Assembly (NCBI RefSeq): GCF_046267985.1
Contig: NZ_CP176530.1
Coordinates: 478,881 to 502,880, forward strand
DNA from: Pseudobdellovibrio sp. HCB154
Lineage (GTDB): Bacteria > Bdellovibrionota > Bdellovibrionia > Bdellovibrionales > Bdellovibrionaceae
DNA: 24,000 bases
Direction of reading: 5' to 3'
Shown: positions 1-6,978 of the stretch, one piece after another
Layout of the letters: each line of letters starts with the position of its first letter
Position numbering within the stretch: the first letter of the stretch is position 1
Notes under the pieces: generated by a model
What the model was told of the DNA's origin: nothing
What the model saw: the letters and a program-made list of their open reading frames with translations, nothing else
The model's database searches: none
Position numbers and translations under genes: made by a program

Positions 1-562
1 TATCGCCAACGAAGTGACCCATTAAACCCATATTCACGATCATTGAGTAGAAATGTTTGTTAAATGGTAACTCGTCGTTTTGTTCTTCTTTGCTGTTTGC
101 TGGAGCTGGGTTCATCGCTACTTCTTCAGCGTCTTTTAAAGCTAAACGGTAAAACTGATCAGCTCTCCACCAGTTAGACCCGAAATCTTGTGGGATAGAT
201 TGAATGCGCGAATTGCGTTTATGCATGTTTTCTTTGCCCGTGTATTTTTCAACAATGGCTTTGTAATCAGTAGGAACATCTTTAATACCGATTCCTAAAA
301 TTTCTACATCGATAAAATGACCAGCGTCTCCGTGTTTGCGAGTGTCTGCAGATAATGATTTCCAGTAGATATCTGGAATATTGCACAGGTGACCCATCAC
401 ATGTTCTTTTTGTAATAAAAAATCTTTAAGTGGTTTGGCTTGCACAAGGTGAACAGCCGCTTCACAGATAGTGTGGTGGCCACGGTGACCCCACGCTAGC
501 GCGTTCTGTGCGCTGAACGCTAAACCCACAACAGTTAACGAAGAAAACAGTTTTAATGACAT
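1..562 (-). CDS. S1/P1 nuclease-like secreted protein (partial, runs off the left edge)
   Basis: Manual minus-strand translation from ATG (complement of cat, 560-562): MSLKLFSSLTVVGLAFSAQNALAWGHRGHHTICEAAVHLVQ...HGDAGHFIDVE...NMGLMGHFVGD. Signal peptide followed by a mature N-terminal W, then H/D clusters typical of the S1/P1 nuclease fold. Confidence 0.7.
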   Translation of the reverse strand, partial: MSLKLFSSLTVVGLAFSAQNALAWGHRGHHTICEAAVHLVQAKPLKDFLLQKEHVMGHLCNIPDIYWKSLSADTRKHGDAGHFIDVEILGIGIKDVPTDYKAIVEKYTGKENMHKRNSRIQSIPQDFGSNWWRADQFYRLALKDAEEVAMNPAPANSKEEQNDELPFNKHFYSMIVNMGLMGHFVGD

Positions 563-648
563 AAAAGGACCCTTTCCCTTATTTTTTCAGCAGCTAGTTT
601 GGCTTTCCTGTTAAGGGGCCATCAAGTTATTTTTTTATTAATGCTTAC

Positions 649-1434
649 GTGTTGCACAGAGCTGCGATTTCCCTTATAAAATCAAGCGTGGGCGACACTC
701 TAAACACTTTCACATTCAAACCCATTGGCTTTATTAAAAGCGCTTATCCCGATAAATTTGGCGTTCCTCGCCAATCGGGGCTTGTTAAACAAACAGTGTC
801 TGAACTTTCGATCTTACCTGAATGGCAGCCTGAGTTTGCCTTACAGGGTTTAGAAGAATATTCGCACGTGTGGGTGACGTGGGTATTTCACTTAAATACC
901 AACACGAAATATCATCCAAAAATTCACCCCCCACGTTTAAAAGGTGAAACGATTGGTGTGTTTGCCACACGTTCTCCGCACAGGCCAAATCCTTTAGGAT
1001 TATCGTTAGCCACTGTTGAAAAAATTGAAGGCGGAAAAATTTATCTCGGCGGACTAGACTTAGTTGATGGAACACCGATCTTAGATATCAAACCATATCT
1101 TCCGCAGTTTGAATCTTTACCATCGGCGCGTGGTGGCTGGGCTACAAAAGATGAAAACCAAGTGGCGACGATTGAAGTTTCTTTCAACGACGAAGCTCGT
1201 GTGATCTTAAATCATTGGATGGAGCGTTTAGATAATTCTAAATTAGAAGAAACCATTATTGATATTTTAAAACAAGATCCGCGTCCGGTAGTTTACCGTG
1301 GTTTTGAAGAATCGGGTAATTCTCCGTACCGCAGTGACCATGCGTTTCGTTTGTATGACGGAGATATTCATTTTCGTTTTACCGCGCCCACGAAGGCCGA
1401 AGTTTTTGCCATTAAATTTGTGAGTGAAAAATAA
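649..1434 (+). CDS. trmO: TrmO/TsaA-type tRNA (adenine-N6)-methyltransferase family protein (true start may be downstream of the GTG at 649)
   Basis: Motifs KPIGFIKSAYPDKFGVPRQSG, VWVTWVFH and FATRSPHRPNPLGLSLATVEKI...LDLVDGTPILDIKPYLP are characteristic of TsaA/YaeB/TrmO. Confidence 0.88.
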   Translation: MLHRAAISLIKSSVGDTLNTFTFKPIGFIKSAYPDKFGVPRQSGLVKQTVSELSILPEWQPEFALQGLEEYSHVWVTWVFHLNTNTKYHPKIHPPRLKGETIGVFATRSPHRPNPLGLSLATVEKIEGGKIYLGGLDLVDGTPILDIKPYLPQFESLPSARGGWATKDENQVATIEVSFNDEARVILNHWMERLDNSKLEETIIDILKQDPRPVVYRGFEESGNSPYRSDHAFRLYDGDIHFRFTAPTKAEVFAIKFVSEK

Positions 1435-1889
1435 TGACAGAACTTAACGAACAACATGACATTTTCGTTAAGCACTTAAAAAGATTTGATCTCGTTCTAT
1501 TGCATTACCGTTATAAATTTCAAAATTCGTTTTATGCTCACCCAGCGGCATTGCCTTTAGAGTCGATGTTTTATATTTATGCTCGTGCTGAAAAAAATTT
1601 AACGATTCAATTTAGTTTTATTATCAATCGCGTTCAGCAACGAAGAATCGAAATTGAATTTCGTATGAACGATGGCGAGATGGGGTTTTTCTTATTAAAC
1701 GAATACCAAAAACGCCATCAGTTAGAGCATAAAATAGAAACTGCATTTTCTGACAGTTGTGATTTTGAAGTCGCTATGGAAAAATTTTTCGCTGATTTAA
1801 AACTGGCGGTTGAGACGCATTTGAATGACCAAATCTCGGGGTTCACCTTCGAGCGCCATAATGATCTAGGTCTTGGAAAGCTGGATTAG
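1434..1889 (+). CDS. Hypothetical protein, translationally coupled to the trmO-like gene
   Basis: Complete 151-aa ORF whose ATG overlaps the upstream TAA by one base. Confidence 0.7.
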   Translation: MTELNEQHDIFVKHLKRFDLVLLHYRYKFQNSFYAHPAALPLESMFYIYARAEKNLTIQFSFIINRVQQRRIEIEFRMNDGEMGFFLLNEYQKRHQLEHKIETAFSDSCDFEVAMEKFFADLKLAVETHLNDQISGFTFERHNDLGLGKLD

Positions 1890-2033
1890 AGCGGATTTAG
1901 CACTGTCTATTCCCTTTACAGTCCTGAAAAATCGCCAAAACTATGCTTAACACGTCGCCATTTTCTAGAGATTTTGCCTAATATATGGTTTATTGGTTTG
2001 GTTTGAAAATAACGCTAAGTAGGGGAGATTTGC

Positions 2034-3020
2034 ATGCAAACGCAAGACGCTGCTAAAAAAGAGACTCAATCAACGTTACGTAAAGTTCCAACATTAAGCC
2101 TTGGAAGTTACACGAAAGGCTCTGAAGCCGACAAAGTGAAGTTCATCGAACAGCTTTTCACAGGCATTAAAGATTACGGTTTTATCGTGTTAAAAGATCA
2201 CGATGTTGATCAAGATCTTCTTAAACAATCGTATCAAATCTTAGAGAAATTCTACGCGCTTCCAGATGCAAAAAAACGCTCTTACATTTCTGAAAAAGGC
2301 GGCGGTCAACGTGGTTACACGGCGTTTGGTACTGAGCACGCTAAAGGCGCTGAAGTAAAAGATTTAAAAGAATTCTGGCACGTGGGTCGTGAAGTTCCAG
2401 ACGATCACCAATTTTCTAAATACTATCCAAAAAATATTTGGCCAGATGACACGATTCCTGAATTCCGTCCGGTGTTTGAAAAGTTATTTTCTAAACTAGA
2501 AGAAGCCGGAATCCAAATGATGGAAGCCTTAACGTATCCATTAGAAGTTGAAAAAACTTATTTTAAAAACATGGTGCAAGAAGGTAACTCGATCTTACGT
2601 TTACTTCATTACCCGCCAATTCCAGAGGGCACTGATCCTCGTTGCATCCGTGCAGCGGCTCATGAAGATATTAACTTTATCACGATATTACCTGCAGCTA
2701 CGCAGTCAGGTCTTCAATTAAAAGACCGCGATGGCACTTGGTTAGATATCGAATCTGATTTCGGAACATTAATCGTTGATGCGGGTGATATGTTAGCGCG
2801 TTTAACGAATGAAGTGATTCCATCAACAACTCACCGAGTGATCAATCCACAAGATGGAACAAATCAGTCTCGTTACTCAATGCCTTTCTTCATGCATCCA
2901 CATCCAGAAAGTTTATTAAGCTGTTTACCATCATGCCGTGGTGCGGGCGCTAAATACCCAGACATCACAGGTCACGAATTTTTGATGCAAAGACTTCGTG
3001 AAATTGGTTTAATTAAATAG
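2034..3020 (+). CDS. 2-oxoglutarate/Fe(II)-dependent dioxygenase, isopenicillin N synthase-like
   Basis: N-terminal DIOX_N-like region (YGFIVLKDHDV). Core motif AAHEDINFITILPAA...GLQLKDRDGTWLDI...DAGDMLARLTNEVIPSTTHRV...RYSMPFF gives HxD...H and RxS. Confidence 0.88.
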   Translation: MQTQDAAKKETQSTLRKVPTLSLGSYTKGSEADKVKFIEQLFTGIKDYGFIVLKDHDVDQDLLKQSYQILEKFYALPDAKKRSYISEKGGGQRGYTAFGTEHAKGAEVKDLKEFWHVGREVPDDHQFSKYYPKNIWPDDTIPEFRPVFEKLFSKLEEAGIQMMEALTYPLEVEKTYFKNMVQEGNSILRLLHYPPIPEGTDPRCIRAAAHEDINFITILPAATQSGLQLKDRDGTWLDIESDFGTLIVDAGDMLARLTNEVIPSTTHRVINPQDGTNQSRYSMPFFMHPHPESLLSCLPSCRGAGAKYPDITGHEFLMQRLREIGLIK

Positions 3021-3074
3021 TCCGAGCAGCTTAACTCTCGCTGCCGGCAAAGTCTGGCCAGCGGAGAAGAAGCT

Positions 3075-3833
3075 ATGAGAAAAGATTTGTTACTAGGAAT
3101 TGGAGCCACGTTAATCGCGATGGCTCTTTTTTATTTTGCAGACCATCCCACTGAAGCTTTAAATATCAAAAAAAATAAAATCGACTCAGATTCTGATTAC
3201 AACGTTCCTACGACTAAGATTGTGAATGAAAGTGTTCCGGCTGAAGTCGCTCGCCCGGCCGTTTCAGCCTCGGCCGCTTTACAACCAGGAGCAGCGCGCG
3301 ACACGATTTCAAAAAACTTCGTCGAGCATTTAAAAACGATCGGCACCTGCTTAAAAGTCTCTACAGCGATTGATAATCCAACGATTGAGCCAACTTATGA
3401 TAATTTACTTGTCAGCTTACGCCCGGGCTTAGGTGAAGTTGTGGTGCAAATGGATGATTGGACTCAGTTAGATCTGCAAAACCCAGATGGCTCACGCAAA
3501 AGAATTCGTACGGAAGTGAACTACGAAAATCCAAACGCACCGGTTAAATACGCCCAGCTTTACAATATCAACGATCAGGGCTTTCCTGAATTACAGCAAG
3601 TGGACCCCGAGAAAGCTCGTAATCCTTCGGATGATTATATTAATTATTTACGTGGAGGAGCCAACTTGGTTTTAGATGAACGCGGAAGCCGCGCCTATTT
3701 CCAAGAGGGTGAAGAGGTCGTTCTTGTTGAACGTGCCGGTATTATCGAATCTTTCTCGATTACGAAGAACGGCAAAACTGTCAGCTGTACGGGACTAGAT
3801 AAAATCGATTCCAACTGCCAGTGCGTCGAATAG
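3075..3833 (+). CDS. Hypothetical membrane-anchored/periplasmic protein
   Basis: 252-aa ORF with an N-terminal hydrophobic segment (LLLGIGATLIAMALFYFA), preceded by GGAGAAG. No family recognised. Confidence 0.72.
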   Translation: MRKDLLLGIGATLIAMALFYFADHPTEALNIKKNKIDSDSDYNVPTTKIVNESVPAEVARPAVSASAALQPGAARDTISKNFVEHLKTIGTCLKVSTAIDNPTIEPTYDNLLVSLRPGLGEVVVQMDDWTQLDLQNPDGSRKRIRTEVNYENPNAPVKYAQLYNINDQGFPELQQVDPEKARNPSDDYINYLRGGANLVLDERGSRAYFQEGEEVVLVERAGIIESFSITKNGKTVSCTGLDKIDSNCQCVE

Positions 3834-3862
3834 TCATAACTACCGACGTAAACACCGTGATC

Positions 3863-3934
3863 TTACGCGATCACGATGTGAGTTACGATAAGAGCAGCTA
3901 GTACAACCATTAATGACATATTTAAATTGTTCAT
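3863..3934 (-). CDS. Candidate 23-aa hydrophobic small protein MNNLNMSLMVVLAALIVTHIVIA
   Basis: Not in the ORF track. Manual reading: minus-strand ATG at 3934-3932, TAA at 3865-3863, preceded by gaaaggggaaaatccc (SD-like AAAGGGG). Single predicted TM span. Confidence 0.4.
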   Translation of the reverse strand: MNNLNMSLMVVLAALIVTHIVIA

Positions 3935-4155
3935 GGGATTTTCCCCTTTCTTGGGTGTATTCATAAAACGAAATTACCCCTATTTCCACTGTCATGATTC
4001 TGACAGGGATTAACTTCACGAAGTGACAAATATCGAAAAAAGTATGTCATCTGATTAGACGATCGCTGATCAGATGCCCGTAAAATTAAGCCTGTTCTGG
4101 CCAGTATTCTGCTGTAAACGTCATTAGCCCGTACCGGGTTTGGTGAGGACGTATT

Positions 4156-5712
4156 GTGAAAAAGCTTGGATTATACCTATTTTTAACGATTCTATTGCAG
4201 GCCATGACGGCTTCGGCTGATCTATGGACTGTCACTCAACAATGGACCCCAGAGCTTGAGGTGAAGTACTCGGAGTGGGTAAAAGCCAATGCGCGCGTAG
4301 ACATGTTCTCGCGTGAATTTTTAGATACGAAAAAGACGATTAAAAATCCTTACTTTGGAATGACCACTGACTGCGCGGATACAGTGTATGCGTTACGTGT
4401 GATTTTCTCTTTTGAAAATGGACTTCCTTGGGCGATTAAAAATCCAGCGAGCCCGACAAAATCAATCATCGCACAATCGATGAAACGTTTTGATAACTAC
4501 CCAGAAGGTCATCCACGCTTACGTGCTTTTTTTAATATGTTATTTGATATCGTTTCAACAACGAGCTTACAGCATGATACGTATCCGGTTTCTATTAATA
4601 ACATTCGCCCAGGTGTTATCATCTTAACGGCAAAAATTAACCACCACTCTTGGACAATTGCTGGTATCGATGCCAAAGGTAATCCCCGTTTAGTGTATAA
4701 CTCGGTTGTGGGTAAAGCTTCAGGTTCAAAATTACAACAGCGTTCAAGCTGGCCGAATCCTTTCTGGGTTTTTCAGCCCGATGAGAAATTAACGAATCCG
4801 GCAGATCCGTTATCAGCAAAAATTAAAGTTCCAACTTATGTTAATGATGGTTACGCTGGCTTTCGCTACTGGATTCCAACTGATAAATTACAAACTGATG
4901 CCCGCATGCTTTCTGAATACAGCAACGATCAATATCAGTTAGATTTAAAATCTTGGAAGCAAACGATTCAAACTAAATTAGCGACGAAAAAAGAATCGCT
5001 GCAAGAAATTGTTGAGCGTTTATTGAAAGATGCTTGTGATGATGTAAAACAACGTATTACGGCGATTGATGAAGCTGAACACTATAAAAAGCAATTAAAA
5101 ATCGCGATTGTTAAAGAAGCTGAATTAAATCAAAAGAAAATCAGTGCAAGTCCGTTGGCGCAAGAAGATGAAGATCTTTTAGATATTTTAAAAGGTTTCA
5201 GAGCTGAAGAAAAAGTTCTTCCGAATATACAGTGTTTGGTGGCGAAACAGTATGACCAGTTATCAACACCAAGCCGTGACCGCCGTTTATTTGATGCGGT
5301 GATGTTAGCACGTGCGTACTTCACGCACGGCATTCAGCACTTAGGAACAAAAGGTTTTAGCGATATTCGCTTAAAACAATTTAAGAGAATTTTTGCTCAC
5401 CCCGAATTATCAGCGCGTGCTGAATCTGATTTAGCAACAAAAGCTATTGCTCCAAGCGAATTATCAATTTGTCGCGTAAAAATTGGTAAAGAAACTTTAG
5501 ATATGGCTGAAATCAAGCGCCGTCTTTTCAAAAGCTATTTATCTTCAAACCCGAATGAAGATATTCTTGGCCGCTGGGGCGGACGTGAAGGTCAGGCTTC
5601 TGGCTTAGCACAAGTGTGTCCGACTTACGGCGAAGTTTATAACCCGTATGATTTAGACCAAGCTGAATCAGAAGCACAGAATGAAATCCAAACTTATAAA
5701 GGGATGAACTAA
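4156..5712 (+). CDS. Secreted protein of unknown function; possible NlpC/P60- or CHAP-like cysteine hydrolase domain
   Basis: 518-aa ORF with GTG start and signal peptide (MKKLGLYLFLTILLQAMTASA). C/H/N-like blocks: TTDCADTVYALR, IRPGVIILTAKINHHSWTIAGID, LVYNSV. Confidence 0.8.
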   Translation: MKKLGLYLFLTILLQAMTASADLWTVTQQWTPELEVKYSEWVKANARVDMFSREFLDTKKTIKNPYFGMTTDCADTVYALRVIFSFENGLPWAIKNPASPTKSIIAQSMKRFDNYPEGHPRLRAFFNMLFDIVSTTSLQHDTYPVSINNIRPGVIILTAKINHHSWTIAGIDAKGNPRLVYNSVVGKASGSKLQQRSSWPNPFWVFQPDEKLTNPADPLSAKIKVPTYVNDGYAGFRYWIPTDKLQTDARMLSEYSNDQYQLDLKSWKQTIQTKLATKKESLQEIVERLLKDACDDVKQRITAIDEAEHYKKQLKIAIVKEAELNQKKISASPLAQEDEDLLDILKGFRAEEKVLPNIQCLVAKQYDQLSTPSRDRRLFDAVMLARAYFTHGIQHLGTKGFSDIRLKQFKRIFAHPELSARAESDLATKAIAPSELSICRVKIGKETLDMAEIKRRLFKSYLSSNPNEDILGRWGGREGQASGLAQVCPTYGEVYNPYDLDQAESEAQNEIQTYKGMN

Positions 5713-5772
5713 GGTCCAGATTATTTAGTTACACTCTGGGTGTTGTCTCATGACTTCGCTAAACTAGAAGTC

Positions 5773-6888
5773 ATGAGAAACTTAATCATTTTACTCGTAG
5801 GCTTGTTCGCGTCTTTAACTTCTCAAGCTGAAATCATCGAATTTAAATTGCAAACTGAAGACCAAGCCTGCAAAGGGTTGTCGCAAGTTGTGGTCAGCCA
5901 GGATAAAATGGTTTTGTATCATCTTGAAGTTCCGATGTATGGAACAGGGCAAGTGCATTTACTTACAGGCAACTATCAAATCGATGCGGTTAATAAAGAG
6001 GGCTGTGCGTTTCAAGATGTAATTCAGATTTCTGATCTGCCGAATAAATTAATTAACGTTAACTTAGCAAAGTCAGTTCGTAAAACAGCCTCAACAGACA
6101 TGGAAACTTCGATGGGCTATGCAAAGCCTGCGGTTTTTAATCCGATGTCTTATAACTTATGGCCGTCTCCTTGGTGGGGCGGTTGGGGATACCAACAGTT
6201 CAATCAAAATTTCTATAACCCGTGCGGATGGAGTATGTACGGCTGTGGTGGAAACTATTATCCACATGGTGGCAACATCGCCATGGGTAAGCCAAATATC
6301 TACTTAACCGGAAAAGACGAAGGTAAGTTTAAATTAAAATTTACAGGGAATAGTTTTAACTTCTTAGCGACAGTGCCGTCGTTTAAAGAAAAAGAAATCA
6401 CCGGCGAACTTCGTAAAGGTAGTATTTATTCTGATAATACTTGGTACCCGTATTTATTTTACGATGCGCGTGTGAGTGACGAACATTTTCAAAGCACGCA
6501 AGGTTTCTGCGGAACGAGAAAAGAAATTTTCAAATTCATGATGGAAGGCTTGGCTAAATACGAATTCCCGAATCAGGCGAGAACTGATTTTGCTGAGTAT
6601 TGGTCAGTGAAAATTCCCGAAGCTTTAAAATACTGTGTCTACCCGCAAGCCAGCGCACAGTTAGATAAAGTGGCACCATTAGAATTTACTTTTGATGATA
6701 AATCACAGATACAAACAGAAAGATTATTTTACCTGGTGATTCCGCAAGACTATAAAGGTAAGCGTATTCCCACAAAAGAACACCGTTTTTCAGATAAACC
6801 AAAAAATCAATGGAAGCACTATAGCCGTACAGTGGCTCCAAAAATGCCTTATCTCTACGAGTGGGGTGTGGGCTTTATGTTTGAATAG
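5773..6888 (+). CDS. Secreted hypothetical protein with a G/Y/W/N-rich segment
   Basis: The track ORF begins at a GTG at 5740. The ATG at 5773 opens a clean signal peptide (MRNLIILLVGLFASLTSQA). Low-complexity segment PWWGGWGYQQFNQNFYNPCGWSMYGCGGNYYPHGG. Confidence 0.8.
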   Translation: MRNLIILLVGLFASLTSQAEIIEFKLQTEDQACKGLSQVVVSQDKMVLYHLEVPMYGTGQVHLLTGNYQIDAVNKEGCAFQDVIQISDLPNKLINVNLAKSVRKTASTDMETSMGYAKPAVFNPMSYNLWPSPWWGGWGYQQFNQNFYNPCGWSMYGCGGNYYPHGGNIAMGKPNIYLTGKDEGKFKLKFTGNSFNFLATVPSFKEKEITGELRKGSIYSDNTWYPYLFYDARVSDEHFQSTQGFCGTRKEIFKFMMEGLAKYEFPNQARTDFAEYWSVKIPEALKYCVYPQASAQLDKVAPLEFTFDDKSQIQTERLFYLVIPQDYKGKRIPTKEHRFSDKPKNQWKHYSRTVAPKMPYLYEWGVGFMFE

Positions 6889-6903
6889 TTCATTAAGTTA
6901 AAG

Positions 6904-6939
6904 AAATAAAAAAGGGACTTTTAAGTCCCTTTTTTATTT
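6904..6939. terminator. Bidirectional Rho-independent terminator between the convergent 5773 gene and valS
   Basis: Perfect palindrome AAATAAAAAAGGGACTT-TT-AAGTCCCTTTTTTATTT: GC core flanked by A-run and T-run. Confidence 0.9.
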
Positions 6940-6978
6940 CTCATCTCGAATTTAAACGTAGCGAAAAAGGCCTGGCAC

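Noticed and set aside
785-1075. Minus-strand ORF within the trmO-like gene
   Set aside because: Antisense to a conserved family; no independent support.
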